DNA of 64,000 nt, from assembly GCA_963780895.1 (NCBI GenBank), contig CAWAEG010000011.1:37024-101023 (forward strand). Reading direction: 5' to 3'. The position numbers and the translations under genes are program-made. Source of the stretch: an uncultured Acidobacteriota bacterium. GTDB lineage: Bacteria > Acidobacteriota > Vicinamibacteria > Vicinamibacterales > SCN-69-37. Below, in pieces: positions 38,964-49,731 of this stretch (position 1 is its first letter; each line of letters opens with the position of its first letter). Under the pieces are notes generated by a model. It did no database searches. It was not told the origin of the DNA and saw only the letters and a program-made list of their open reading frames with translations.

Positions 38964-41450
38964 TCATCGTACCTCGATCCGATCGATCATCACGCCCAGG
39001 TCGCGATCGTCGGGCAGGTTGAGCATCTGGCGCGGACTCCACACCGTCGACACGAGCCGGAGCTGTACGGGCTCGTCGATGCGGCCCGCTGCCTCGACGG
39101 CGGCAGCCGGCAGCGGGAGGGAATACGTCCGGAATCCCGGCTGCACCCCAATCGACCCGATCGATACGTCGCCGAAGAACACCTCGACCCGCGCCGGCGG
39201 CGCCGACTTCGGCCGGCCGCCGTCGTGCATGACGAACTCAACCGTCCGCTCGCTGCCCGTGAGGCCGGTGACGGCGACGAACGACTGCGTCCGCGTCCAG
39301 CGCACCGTGCGGCCTTCGCTCTGTTCCTTGGCGTGAAACCGCACGACGTTCAGATCGTCCCGATAGCCGAGGTCGAGCGCGAAGCCGCGATGCAGCGCCG
39401 GACCGGTCAGCAGCTGATAGATGCTGTAGTCGAAGTCCTTGCGCCGGACCGACCGCGGATACACGTTCCAGGGCGACGCGTCGTATTCCTGAATCTGCAC
39501 CCGGCCATCGTCGAGCGCGGCCGCGCCGATGCGGCGCGACAGCAGGTCGGTTCCTCCGCCGCCGATGAAGAGAATCCGGTCGTAGCTTGGCCGCGCATGC
39601 TCGAGAAACGCGTGGAGGCGGGCCTTATCCGGCTTGGCCGACTCGAGCACGAGGACGTTGCGCGCATAGATGTAGGCGAGCGGCAGACCGAAGACGTGAG
39701 TATCCGATCCGGCGTCTCGTGATTCGATCAGCACGAGGTCGCGGTCGCTGATCTTCCCCGCAAGCGCCTCGAGCGCCGGAATGAGGCCCGCGTATTCGAC
39801 GTGCGGCATGACGGGCGCCGCCGCCAGGAGATAGTGCTGGCCGAGGAGCGCGAGAAACGCGGCCCCCACGCCGGCGCGCAGCCACCGGCGCGGACCGGGC
39901 CGCGTGGCGAACGTGCCGAGTGCCGCGGCGCCGGTGAAGATGAGCGCCCCGGGCAGAATGACGGCGAGAAACCGGCGGTCCATCCAGAAGTGGTTCGGGA
40001 CGACCTTGATCTTGTAGAAGAGGAACAGGGCGAACGCTGTGAAGATCAGGACGAGCGCCGGATCGCGCCAGAAGTCGCGGCGCACCACGAGCACGAAGCC
40101 CAGCACCGCGGCGGCGAGGCCGGGCCACAGGAGAAAGAAATTCGTGAACGTCTTGAGGGCGTACGCGTCGTAGTCGGCCAGCTTGCCGCCGGGCGCGCGA
40201 AGGAACCACGCATACGCGGTCAGGACAACGACGGCGACCGTGAGAGCGGCGGGCACGAGCTGCCGCGCGCGATGTTCGAATCGCCCGCGCGACCAGAGCA
40301 GCACCGACAGAACGGTGATGCCGGCGGCCAGCGCGCCAATCACCGCGCCGGCCGGCAGATTCGTGAGGTAGATGCGCGGCAGCCAGAAATAGCCGCGCAT
40401 CGGTCCGGTCAGATAGAACCAGCTCAGCGCAGCGGCCACGGCTAACGGCAGCAGGAAGCCCACGCGCGGCGGCTTGCGATCGACGACCCACGCCAGGATG
40501 ACGGCCGCGACGATGCCGGCCATCGCGAGCAGCGAGTCGTATCGAAGGAACAGCAGCAGCCCGAGCAATACGCCCGCGACCGGACCAAAGAACCGATCGT
40601 CCTCCTGATGCGCGCGCGCGAACGCCAGAATCGCGGCGAACAGCATCGCCTGCATGACGACCTCGGCGTTTGGATAGCGCGCGAACCAGACCTGGATCAC
40701 GTGCAGGCTCAGCAACAGGGCGGCGGCAAAGGCGGCCGGGCGGCCGACGAACCTCGTTGCCGCGAAGAACACCGCCAGCACGCCGAGCGTGGCCCAGACG
40801 CCGACGGTCATTCGCGCGCCCGAGAGCCCGTGGAAGCCGTACCCAATCGCGATCGACGACGGAAACAGATGCGGGAACTGCCCGACGACGCGGCCTTCGC
40901 GGGCATCGAGCAGCCAGAAGCCCATGAACCGAAGACCTTCGTTACCAAGGTCGGGTTGCGGACGGTAGAACAGCTCGCCCGCCCAGTCGGGGACGCCGGC
41001 GATCACCGGGTCGCGAATCACGAGCGATCCCCGCTGGGCGATCTGGATGCCCTCGTTCATGTACGTCCCCGGATCCTTGCCACCGATGACGTATTCGGAC
41101 GACGGGAAGAATCGCCAGACGGCGAGCGCGATGAGGACGGCCGGCAAAATGATCGTCAGCGTCGGACGAGCCGCCTGGCCGCGATAGCGCAGCTTCCGAT
41201 TGCCGGCGGCCAGCAGCAGACCGCTCACGATGGCATTGGCGATGAGAAGGCGCTCGAAGCGGTACTCGTGAAGCGCCGCCAGCGCGAGCACGACCGCGAG
41301 TGACCACGAGACACTCAACATCACGGCCCAGAAGAGACGCTCTTCAGCAGCCAGGCCGGCCCGCCGAGCTCGATCGGCGACGGGCATCCGAAACAGGATC
41401 GCTCCGGGCAGGTAGGCCACGAACAGGGCGCCGAGCCACCAGCGGAGCAT
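38964..41450 (-). CDS. Large ArnT/PMT-family (GT-C) membrane glycosyltransferase with a C-terminal soluble domain
   Basis: GKDPGTY loop, WFARYPNAE, MDRRFL and many TM helices. Confidence 0.75.
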   Translation of the reverse strand: MLRWWLGALFVAYLPGAILFRMPVADRARRAGLAAEERLFWAVMLSVSWSLAVVLALAALHEYRFERLLIANAIVSGLLLAAGNRKLRYRGQAARPTLTIILPAVLIALAVWRFFPSSEYVIGGKDPGTYMNEGIQIAQRGSLVIRDPVIAGVPDWAGELFYRPQPDLGNEGLRFMGFWLLDAREGRVVGQFPHLFPSSIAIGYGFHGLSGARMTVGVWATLGVLAVFFAATRFVGRPAAFAAALLLSLHVIQVWFARYPNAEVVMQAMLFAAILAFARAHQEDDRFFGPVAGVLLGLLLFLRYDSLLAMAGIVAAVILAWVVDRKPPRVGFLLPLAVAAALSWFYLTGPMRGYFWLPRIYLTNLPAGAVIGALAAGITVLSVLLWSRGRFEHRARQLVPAALTVAVVVLTAYAWFLRAPGGKLADYDAYALKTFTNFFLLWPGLAAAVLGFVLVVRRDFWRDPALVLIFTAFALFLFYKIKVVPNHFWMDRRFLAVILPGALIFTGAAALGTFATRPGPRRWLRAGVGAAFLALLGQHYLLAAAPVMPHVEYAGLIPALEALAGKISDRDLVLIESRDAGSDTHVFGLPLAYIYARNVLVLESAKPDKARLHAFLEHARPSYDRILFIGGGGTDLLSRRIGAAALDDGRVQIQEYDASPWNVYPRSVRRKDFDYSIYQLLTGPALHRGFALDLGYRDDLNVVRFHAKEQSEGRTVRWTRTQSFVAVTGLTGSERTVEFVMHDGGRPKSAPPARVEVFFGDVSIGSIGVQPGFRTYSLPLPAAAVEAAGRIDEPVQLRLVSTVWSPRQMLNLPDDRDLGVMIDRIEVR

Positions 41451-41473
41451 CAGTGGGGAGGATATGACGAGAC

Positions 41474-41563
41474 GGTTTCGCTCGTCGGGGGTTCCGAGGT
41501 TCGCGATTCGTTCCGGGGGGCCAGTTCCGGGGTTCCGGTTTCTGGTTCCGCAGTTCTCGAGTT
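41474..41563. repeat. Degenerate GTTCCGG-like heptamer array
   Basis: gttccga...gttccgg ggttccgg tttctgg ttccgca gttctcg. Confidence 0.65.
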
Positions 41564-42669
41564 ACGCCTTTACGCTCGTCGCTTTCCAGGCATGGACGGC
41601 GGCCGCCACGAAGTCCACGTCCGCGTCCGCGAGGTTCGGATGGAGCGGCAACGAGCAGACCTCGCTCGCGATGCGTTCGGCGACCGGGCAGGGCGCACTC
41701 GGCAGGTGCCGGAGCGCTTCCTGCCGGGGAATCGACATCGGGTAGTGCACGAGCGTGCCGACGCCGGCCTGCAGCAGGTGGGCCTGCAACTGGTCACGCT
41801 CGGGCGTCAGGATCGGAAACAGGTGGTAGACGTGTCCCACGTCGACTTCGGGCGGCACGGTGACGGGCGCGTTCTCGAGCGCGTGGCGGTAGCGTCGGGC
41901 CAGCTCGCGCCGGCGGGCCGTCCAGCGTTCGAGGAATGGCAATCGCGCGCGAAGAATCGCGGCCTGCATCTCGTCGAGACGGCTGTTCACGCCGAACTCG
42001 AGGTGCCGGTATCGATCGATCTGACCGCCGTTGCGAAGCCGCTTCAGTTTGTCGGCGAGCGCCGAGTCGTTGGTCAGGATGGCGCCGCCGTCGCCGAGCG
42101 CGCCGAGGTTCTTGGTCGGATAGAAGCTGAACGCCGCCGGCCGCGCCGAACGCGCCAACCGGCCGGCCCGCAGCCGTGGCCAGGTGCGACTGACAGGCGT
42201 CCTCGACGACCGCCAGGTTGTGGCGGGAGGCGATGGCCTGAAGCGCGACCATATCGGCCGGCTGTCCGTACAGGTGCACCGGGAGAATCGCCGCCGTACG
42301 GGACGTGATCGCCGCTTCGGTCGCGGCCGGATCCATCGTGAGCCGATCCGGATCGAGATCGGCGAAGATGGGCGTCGCACCCGCCATCATGACGGCAAGC
42401 GCGGTGTAGGCGGCCGAGAGAGGCGCCGTGATCACTTCGTCGCCAGGGCCGATGTCGAGGGCGCGCAGCGAGAGCGCGATGGCGTCGGTCCCCGTGCCCA
42501 CGCCGACGGCGTGTCTGCCGCCCGACGCATTCGCGAACTCCTCCTCGAACGCCGTCAGCTCGGGTCCGAGAATGAACCAGCCGCGCGCGATCACGCGGTC
42601 GATGGCTTCACGGATCGCGTCGCTGTCCGGTCCGGGCAGGAGCGACATGAACGGCACGCGGAGTGTCAT
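41562..42669 (-). CDS. DegT/DnrJ/EryC1/StrS aminotransferase; +1 frameshift near 42140
   Basis: GTGTDA, VHLYGQ, EDACQSH, then [16 protein letters not shown] and NSRLDE in the next frame. Confidence 0.9.
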
Positions 42670-43691
42670 GAGCGCAGGGACGGCTGGGCCTCGTCGAGAT
42701 ATTGATCCAGATGTTCGCGGTAGTACGCCAGCGTCTGCTGCAGACCCTGGCGCAGCCCGACGGCCGGTGTCCATCCCGCCACCCTCGTGAACTTCGACGA
42801 ATCCGAATAGAACGACCCGATGTCGATCTTCCGCTTGTCGTCGGGCCACTCGACGAACTTCATACTGCCGCGGCCGCTCTCCTCGAGCAGGAGCTTCACC
42901 AGATCCCGATGGGCAATCGGCTCGCTGCCGCCGACGTTGAACACGTCGCCGTTGCACGCGTCGTTCGCGCCGGCGCGCAGGAACGCGTCGGCGACGTCGT
43001 CGACATGAACGAAGTCACGAATCTGCGAGCCGTCGCCGTAGATCTGGATCTCCTTCCCTTCGATCGCGAGCCGGATGAACCAGCCGATGAAGCCCTGCCG
43101 GTTGTTGCGAATGAGCTGCCGCGGGCCGTACACGTTCGTCAGCCTGAGGGAGCAGGCCCGCACGTTGAACACATTGTTGTACACGAGATGGTAGTACTCG
43201 CCGGCGGCCTTGTTGATGCCGTTGATGTCGGTCGGCCGCACGAGGTGAGTCTCGTCAACGGGCAGCCGGTCGGGCCGGCCGTAAATCTGGCGCGTGCCGG
43301 CATAGACGACCTTGGTGGCCGGGTTGTGCTGGCGGCAGGCCTCGAGAATCGTCAGCTGTCCGCGACAGTTGATCTCGAGGTCGGTGTGCGGGTCGCGCAT
43401 GCTGTCGATGTGGCTGACCTGTCCCGCGAGGTTGAAAATCACCTCACGGTCCCGCACGAGGTAGTTCATCGTCGTGTTCTGCCGCACGTCGGCGATGTTC
43501 ACCCGCAGGCGGTTCTCGATGCCGGCGATGTTGAAGAGGTTGCCGCCGTAGTCGGGCAGCAGGGAGTCCACGAGCAGGACATCGGCGCCCAGATCGACCA
43601 GGTGTCGCGCCAGATTCGATCCGATGAAACCGAGGCCGCCCGTCACGAGTACCCGACGTCCGCGATAGAAGTCGCGGTATTCCTGGCTCAT
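42666..43691 (-). CDS. NAD-dependent epimerase/dehydratase (SDR)
   Basis: TGGLGFIGS, NLAGQ, atypical NGINK in place of YxxxK, and RLTNVYGPRQ. Confidence 0.88.
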   Translation of the reverse strand: MSQEYRDFYRGRRVLVTGGLGFIGSNLARHLVDLGADVLLVDSLLPDYGGNLFNIAGIENRLRVNIADVRQNTTMNYLVRDREVIFNLAGQVSHIDSMRDPHTDLEINCRGQLTILEACRQHNPATKVVYAGTRQIYGRPDRLPVDETHLVRPTDINGINKAAGEYYHLVYNNVFNVRACSLRLTNVYGPRQLIRNNRQGFIGWFIRLAIEGKEIQIYGDGSQIRDFVHVDDVADAFLRAGANDACNGDVFNVGGSEPIAHRDLVKLLLEESGRGSMKFVEWPDDKRKIDIGSFYSDSSKFTRVAGWTPAVGLRQGLQQTLAYYREHLDQYLDEAQPSLRS

Positions 43692-44482
43692 GAAGGGTCG
43701 CGCCAGAGCATATCCTGTGCGTTCGCCGGCGTCTTCAACGGCTGCTGACGTCCCCGGCGCCTGCTCAGCAGGACGAGCTCCACCCAGAGACGGGCGACGT
43801 CGATGGCCGTGCGCGCGAGCCGCCCGAAATTGAAGAACTGGGACCGGCCGAACGCGCGATGATAGTGGTGGACCGGCACTTCGACGATGCCGCAGCCGGC
43901 GTCCTGGATTTTCTTCATCATCTCCAGGCAGATCACGCCGCTGTTCCGCCGCAGCTCGATCTTCTCGAACACCGATTTGCGCATCAGCCGGAAGTCGCAA
44001 TCGACGTCGCGGATGCGCAAGCCGAACAGCAGGCTCACCGTGTGGTGGTAGATCCGACCCAGAAGGAGGCGGTGAACCGGATCCGACCGGCTGATCTTGT
44101 AGCCGTTCACCAGCTCGATACTGTCGGTCATGCACGGCCACAGCGCCTCGAGCTCCGACGGGTCGTACTGGCCGTCGCCGTCGGTATAGAAGATGAGCTC
44201 CTTTTGCGCGCTCGCGAACCCGCTGCGCAGCGCTCCACCGTAGCCGCGATTTCGCGGATGGTGCACGACACGCACTTCCGGATACGCGCGCGCGAGCTCA
44301 TCGGCGATCTCGGGCGTCCGATCCGCGCTGCCGTCGTTCACGATGATGATTTCGTAGTCGGGCGTCAGCCGCTGCGCGGCCTTGCAGGCTGCGATCACCA
44401 TGCTCGCGATCGTCGCGCTGTCGTTGTACGCAGGGAAGAATATGCTCAACCCGGGCGGACGTTTGGTGGGGATGCCGGCCAT
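43688..44482 (-). CDS. GT2 (ArnC/DPM-like) glycosyltransferase
   Basis: FFPAYND, NDGSAD, NRGYG, DGDGQY and DVDCDF. Confidence 0.88.
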   Translation of the reverse strand: MAGIPTKRPPGLSIFFPAYNDSATIASMVIAACKAAQRLTPDYEIIIVNDGSADRTPEIADELARAYPEVRVVHHPRNRGYGGALRSGFASAQKELIFYTDGDGQYDPSELEALWPCMTDSIELVNGYKISRSDPVHRLLLGRIYHHTVSLLFGLRIRDVDCDFRLMRKSVFEKIELRRNSGVICLEMMKKIQDAGCGIVEVPVHHYHRAFGRSQFFNFGRLARTAIDVARLWVELVLLSRRRGRQQPLKTPANAQDMLWRDPS

Positions 44483-44668
44483 CGCCTTAAAAGACGCTAA
44501 CACGCTGTGCAAGGGCTCTCAGGAAGTCAGGAACTCGGCAGACTTCTCTGGCGATCGCCGAAGACTTCTGTTCATGGAAAGATTTGCAAGCCGGGCAGTC
44601 TTGAACGCCTGGAAGCCTGCGCAGTCTACTCAATTGGGGCGCGAAGGTGATCGCCTATTTTTGTGGCG

Positions 44669-44702
44669 CTAGGGCAGGCCGCTGAAAAACGCGGCCTGCT
44701 AG
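44669..44702. repeat. Hairpin GCAGGCCGC-TGAAAAAC-GCGGCCTGC bracketed by CTAG; possible terminator
   Basis: 9-bp stem directly at the GT4 stop; same family as 27694 and 29389. Confidence 0.65.
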
Positions 44703-45922
44703 GTGTTGCGCCGCGCTCGTTCGTACGCGGCTTCGAATCGCTCCGCGACGCGGGGCCAACCGAAATCCCTGATCACTTTGGCCCGGGCGGCCACGCCAAG
44801 GTCTCGCGCGCGCGCAGGATGCGACAAGAGCTCGCGGATGGCCGCGGCCAGGGCCGTCGCATCGCGTTCGACCACGAGCCGCCCGGTGACGCCATCCTCG
44901 ATCACCTGGGGAAGGCCGCCAACGCGGGTGGCGACGACGGGCGTCGCGGTGGCCAGCGCCTCGAGCGCAAAATTCGGCAAACCATCCACGTTTCCGGCGT
45001 CGTCTCTGACCGACGGCACGACGACGACGTCGGCCGCCGCGGACAGCCGGCCCACGTCGTCCTGCGATCGCAATCCGAGGAGGCGCACGCGACCCAAAGC
45101 GGCCGACTGCGATCGCGCGTCCAGCTCGTCCCGAAGGTCGCCCTCTCCGGCAATGACCACGTTGACGGTCGGGAACGCGGCGGCGAGGATGCCGGCGGCG
45201 TCGACGAGGTGCTCGAATCCCTTCTTCTTGACGAGCCGGCCCGCCGAGAAGATGAGTGGCTCGTGACCGATCCCCAGCTCCCGGCGGACGTCGTCACGAA
45301 TACGCGGGTCCGGCGCGAACCGCGTCGCATCGACGCCATAGGGCACCGTCTCAGTGCGCCCGGCGTCGGCGCCGAGATTCACGGCGCGCAGCCGCAGGTC
45401 CTCGCTGCAGGCCGTCACCCACCCGGCGCGCTGCAGCGCCGCCCGCGCGGCCGCCCGGGCCGCCGCGTTGCGCTCCGCGACGAACAGGTCGGACCCATGG
45501 ATGCTGATCACGAGCGGCAACCCCCGGGCCGCCAGGGCGGCGATCGCGCCGCCCGGGATGGCCCAGTGCGCATGGAGCACCGTCGCGCCGCGTTTCTGCG
45601 CCACGCGAAGCGTTTTCCAGGAGCCGCTCGCCATCGCGAGCGGCGCCATCATCCACGCGGCCAGGCGCAGCTGCGTGTCCGCGCGAAGCCCGCTCGCGTA
45701 GCCAAAGACGTTGAGCGGGGCGGCCGGCGCGTAGCGGAAGAAATGGAAGTGCACGCCATCGTCGACCTTCGGACGATTCAGCGCGGGATGCCAGGGGGCG
45801 ACGAGGTGGACTTCGTGTCCGCGCGCCGCGACGCCTTTGGCGATGGGTTCGATGAAGCTGCCCACGCCATCGCCCGGGAAGCGCGGGTAGGACGTCGTCA
45901 CCATGACCACGACGTGACGCAT
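44699..45922 (-). CDS. GT4 glycosyltransferase
   Basis: HAHW, HGSD, GRLVKKKG and DGLPNFALEALA. Confidence 0.9.
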   Translation of the reverse strand: MRHVVVMVTTSYPRFPGDGVGSFIEPIAKGVAARGHEVHLVAPWHPALNRPKVDDGVHFHFFRYAPAAPLNVFGYASGLRADTQLRLAAWMMAPLAMASGSWKTLRVAQKRGATVLHAHWAIPGGAIAALAARGLPLVISIHGSDLFVAERNAAARAAARAALQRAGWVTACSEDLRLRAVNLGADAGRTETVPYGVDATRFAPDPRIRDDVRRELGIGHEPLIFSAGRLVKKKGFEHLVDAAGILAAAFPTVNVVIAGEGDLRDELDARSQSAALGRVRLLGLRSQDDVGRLSAAADVVVVPSVRDDAGNVDGLPNFALEALATATPVVATRVGGLPQVIEDGVTGRLVVERDATALAAAIRELLSHPARARDLGVAARAKVIRDFGWPRVAERFEAAYERARRNT

Positions 45923-45926
45923 GGCG

Positions 45927-46670
45927 TTATCTCATTGCGGCGTTCCGTGTCGCCACGCGGTTGACCCGGCCCCTCCCCAGGACGAGGCGCCACGGCGTCC
46001 AGAGAGATTCGGCCAGCACCGACGACGATACCTTCGAGTATCCCTCTTGACGCTCCACGAAGACGATAGGGACTTCACCGATCCGGCAGCCGCGTCGAGC
46101 GGCCTGGTAGAGCATCTCGGTGAGGAAGGCGTAGCCGCTGGCGCGCGGATCGCGCAGCGACAGACTGGCAAGCGCCTCGCGGCGCCAGAGCCTGAAGCCG
46201 CTCGTGCAGTCGTTCGGGCTGAGCCCGGTCACGAGCCGGATGTAGCGGTTCGCGAACGCGCTGAGCGCAATCCGGTGGAGGGGCCAGTTCACGACGCTGA
46301 CCCCGTGGAGGTATCGCGATCCAATCACGAGGTCGTGCCGGTCCAGGGCCGCCCGCAGGTCCGGGAGGTATTTCGGGTCGTGCGACAGGTCCGCATCCAT
46401 CTGACCGATGGCGTCCACGTTCGTCGCGAGCGCGCGGGTGAGTCCGTCGACGTACGCGCGTCCGAGGCCGCGGGGTCCGGTGCGGTGCATCACCTCCATG
46501 CGGCCGGCAAACCGCGTCGCGGCGAGCGAATCGGCGATCGCCCCCGTCCCGTCTGGAGACGCGTCGTCGACGACGAGCAGACGGGCCCAGTCGTGCTGGA
46601 GAATGCCTTCGGTCACCCGCTCGATGTTCGGCCGCTCGTTGTACGTCGGCAGGACGACAAGGACGTTCAC
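45927..46670 (-). CDS. Polyprenol-monophosphate glycosyl synthase (DPM1-like GT2)
   Basis: LPTYNE, DDASPDGT, MDADLSHDP, GSRY and DCTSGFR. GTG at 46670. Confidence 0.9.
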   Translation of the reverse strand: MNVLVVLPTYNERPNIERVTEGILQHDWARLLVVDDASPDGTGAIADSLAATRFAGRMEVMHRTGPRGLGRAYVDGLTRALATNVDAIGQMDADLSHDPKYLPDLRAALDRHDLVIGSRYLHGVSVVNWPLHRIALSAFANRYIRLVTGLSPNDCTSGFRLWRREALASLSLRDPRASGYAFLTEMLYQAARRGCRIGEVPIVFVERQEGYSKVSSSVLAESLWTPWRLVLGRGRVNRVATRNAAMR

Positions 46671-47896
46671 CGGGCGCGCTCCGATTCGCGTAACGGCACG
46701 AACGCGGCGCTCGTGCAGATGATCAGCGTTGGATCGATGACGGGAATCCTGAATCGCTCCTGCGGAAAAAAGATCAGGCACGTCGCGATCGCCGAACCCG
46801 CGAGGAGCCAGAGCCCCGGCGTTCGCGATCGCCGCCGTCCGAGACGGATGAATCCGGCGACCGCGAGCGGCAGAGCCAGACCGTACGAGATGACCGACGC
46901 GCCGTAGTATCGGGTCGAGTGCAACGTGTAGGACGGTCCGATCGGGACGATCAGGTAGAAGACCTTTCGGACTTCGAGCCGGAGCCAGTCGGTCGGATGG
47001 GATCTCATCCAGCCGAGTGCTTCGCGATAGTAGACGGGCTCCATGGCTTCTTCGGAGAGCTCGGGGTGCTGCCGCCGGAGCGCCTGGCTCTCGAGCTTCA
47101 GATGCGGATTGGCGGCAAGGTCGCCTTCGCCTCGCGCCCGCGGATGATTGCCTGTCCAGAACGTCACGCCGCCTTCGGTCGCTACGGCCACGAATCGTCC
47201 GTATTCTATGGTGTTGCGGATGCTCCACGGGCTCACGACCATCGCCGCCGCCGCGCCGATCGCGATCGCCAGGGTGAACCGCCGCCGCCACGCGAGCCAC
47301 CCGAGCGCGAACGGCAGGAAGAGCAGCGTGGAGGGCCGAATCAGGATCGCGATGCCTGTCAACGCGCCGGCGACCGCGGCATGCCGCCACGCGTTGAGCG
47401 CGCCCGGCCAGACCGCGCGATCGAACGACCAGACGATCAGGAGACCGAGCGGCCACGCGATCGCTTCGCTCCAGGCGTACGCCGAGACCCAGACCAGAGG
47501 CGGATAGATCGCGGCCCCGAACGCGCCGATCGTTCCGGCGCGCGGCCCGGCCAGGCGGGCGGCCAGCAGGCCCACGAGGAACACGCCCGCCGCGCCCACG
47601 AGGGCCTGCGTGATTTTCACGGACGCGGGGACCGAAGAGGTCACCGCCCGTCCGCCACCGACCAGCGCCAGGAATGCGGGATAGCCCGGCGCCCGGCCGA
47701 ACGGATCCTGCGGACCGGAGAGGACCTCGGTGTCGTAGACGAATCCGCGGCCCGCCGCCAGTCCCCGGGCAAGCGACAGGTATTCGCGCTCGTCGCGCGT
47801 GAGCGGTTGATCGATCCAGTAGCCGAGACCGAAGGCGAGTCGAACGACGAGCCCGAGCACCGAGGCGGCGAGGAGAAGCGACCTACTTGCGCCCAT
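46667..47896 (-). CDS. ArnT-family (GT-C) membrane glycosyltransferase
   Basis: TRDEREY, RAPGYP, WSE, PWSIRN and ERFRIP. Confidence 0.8.
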   Translation of the reverse strand: MGASRSLLLAASVLGLVVRLAFGLGYWIDQPLTRDEREYLSLARGLAAGRGFVYDTEVLSGPQDPFGRAPGYPAFLALVGGGRAVTSSVPASVKITQALVGAAGVFLVGLLAARLAGPRAGTIGAFGAAIYPPLVWVSAYAWSEAIAWPLGLLIVWSFDRAVWPGALNAWRHAAVAGALTGIAILIRPSTLLFLPFALGWLAWRRRFTLAIAIGAAAAMVVSPWSIRNTIEYGRFVAVATEGGVTFWTGNHPRARGEGDLAANPHLKLESQALRRQHPELSEEAMEPVYYREALGWMRSHPTDWLRLEVRKVFYLIVPIGPSYTLHSTRYYGASVISYGLALPLAVAGFIRLGRRRSRTPGLWLLAGSAIATCLIFFPQERFRIPVIDPTLIICTSAAFVPLRESERAR

Positions 47897-48743
47897 CGAA
47901 GCGCAGGGCCGCGACCTGGTCGGAGACGAGTCCCACGAGAAACACGATCACCGCGAACATGATCAGAAGCACGGCACCGTTCGGAATCTTGCCCTGGTCG
48001 ACGATCGTGTAGATCGCGTACGCGGCGCCGGTCAGGAACGAGATCGCGGCGATCGGCAGGAAGATCCGCAGCGGACTGAAGATCGTCATGACCCGCATCA
48101 TGATCAGGACGAACTTCGGGCCGTCGCGTGACAGCCGGATCTTGGACGTGCCGACACGTTGACGCGCGTCGACCGGTTCGAACGCGACGTTGTACCCGGC
48201 GCGCAGGAACGCCATCGTGGTCGTCGTCGGCGTCGAGAAGCCGTTCGGCAGCAGGTGCAGGAACTCGAGCAGGCACTCGCGCCGCGCCGCCCGAAATCCG
48301 GACGTGAGATCGGGGATCTCGCGCTCGGTCAGGAAGCTGGCCAGGCCGTTGAGCGCAGCGTTGCCCGCGCGCCGCGTCAGGCCCGCTTGCGTGCCGGGCG
48401 CCCGGGCGCCCACGACCAGATCGTACTCCCCGAGCCGCGCCGCGATCCGCCCCGCGTCGGCCGGCCGGTGCTGTCCGTCGCCGTCGAGGATGAGGACGTA
48501 TTCGCCCGACGCGGCGCGAATCCCGGTCTTGACCGCGGCGCCGTTGCCTTTGGTGTAGGGATGCCGCACCACGCGCGCACCGGCGGCGGTGGCGCGGGCG
48601 CCCGTGTCGTCGCTCGACCCGTCGTCGATCACCAGGATCTCGCACCACGGCGCGACGCCCGAGAGTTCCCGCACGACGTCGCCAATCGCCGCCGCTTCGT
48701 TGCAGGCGGGGATCACGACCGTCACGCTGCGCGCGTCGGCCAC
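47883..48743 (-). CDS. GT2 glycosyltransferase with C-terminal TM helices
   Basis: IPACNE, DDGSSD, DGDGQH and DLTSGFR. Confidence 0.88.
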   Translation of the reverse strand: MADARSVTVVIPACNEAAAIGDVVRELSGVAPWCEILVIDDGSSDDTGARATAAGARVVRHPYTKGNGAAVKTGIRAASGEYVLILDGDGQHRPADAGRIAARLGEYDLVVGARAPGTQAGLTRRAGNAALNGLASFLTEREIPDLTSGFRAARRECLLEFLHLLPNGFSTPTTTTMAFLRAGYNVAFEPVDARQRVGTSKIRLSRDGPKFVLIMMRVMTIFSPLRIFLPIAAISFLTGAAYAIYTIVDQGKIPNGAVLLIMFAVIVFLVGLVSDQVAALRFDGRK

Positions 48744-49730
48744 CTAGGCGGCTCCCGGCCGATCGTTCGGATCGGTCACGTCGGGATCGGCGAGTTCCAT
48801 CCGCCGCACGCGATACAGGAGATCTTCGAGCAGCTTCCGCATGCCGGAAATCACGTCCGCGACGAGACCGATCAGCAGGACCTGGAAGCCGACGATCATC
48901 AGGACCGCTGACAGGATCAGGGATTGGACCTTGCCCTCGCTCTCGAACGTGAACAGGAAGTAATACAGGAACCGCATCGAGATGAGGAACCCCGCGACGA
49001 AAATCGTGGTCCCGATGTACGTGAACACCTTGAGCGGCTCGTACATCGTGTAGATGCGGACGATCGTGGCGGCCGACCGCTTGATGTAGGACAGCACGCT
49101 GCCGAAGAGCCGCGACGGCCGCGTGCGCGGGTTCGTGCTGACGGGCACGTGCGTCACCGCCATCCGTTGCTTGCCCGCCTGGATCAGCGATTCCAGCGTG
49201 TACGAAAAGTCAGACACGATCGTCATTCGGAGCGCGGCCTCGCGCGTGTACGCGCGAAATCCGCTCGTGGTGTCGGGCACGTTCGTGGCCGACACCTGTC
49301 GGACGGTCCAGCTGCCGAGGCGCTGGAGCAGCTTCCGGGGCCACGACATGTGCTCGAGATCGCGGATGTTGCGATCGCCCACCACGATGTCCGCCTCGCC
49401 CCGCAGCAGCGGCTCGAGCAGCCGTGCGATGTCCCGGCCGGCGTACTGATTGTCGGCGTCGGTGTTGACGATGTAATCGGCGCCGCGCCGGAGGCTGGCG
49501 TCGATGCCCGCGATGAACGCCGCCGCGAGCCCTTTGCGCTGCCGGAACCGGATGACGTGCGCGACGCCCTGTGCCTTCGCCACTTCCGCCGTCCGGTCGC
49601 GCGATCCGTCGTCGATGACGAGGACCTCGACGACGTCGATGCCGGGCACGGACCGCGGCAGGTCCGCCAGCGTCGCCGGCAGCGTCTCCGCTTCGTTCAG
49701 GCAGGGGATCTGGATGATCAGCTTCGTCAC
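48744..49730 (-). CDS. GT2 glycosyltransferase with C-terminal TM helices
   Basis: IPCLNE, DDGSRD, DADNQY and DTTSGFR. Confidence 0.88.
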   Translation of the reverse strand: MTKLIIQIPCLNEAETLPATLADLPRSVPGIDVVEVLVIDDGSRDRTAEVAKAQGVAHVIRFRQRKGLAAAFIAGIDASLRRGADYIVNTDADNQYAGRDIARLLEPLLRGEADIVVGDRNIRDLEHMSWPRKLLQRLGSWTVRQVSATNVPDTTSGFRAYTREAALRMTIVSDFSYTLESLIQAGKQRMAVTHVPVSTNPRTRPSRLFGSVLSYIKRSAATIVRIYTMYEPLKVFTYIGTTIFVAGFLISMRFLYYFLFTFESEGKVQSLILSAVLMIVGFQVLLIGLVADVISGMRKLLEDLLYRVRRMELADPDVTDPNDRPGAA

Positions 49731-49731
49731 G

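Noticed and set aside
44513..44668. AT-richer intergenic stretch as an ncRNA or small ORF
   Set aside because: No clear structure, terminator or supported ORF; probably the promoter region of the GT2-SDR-DegT unit.
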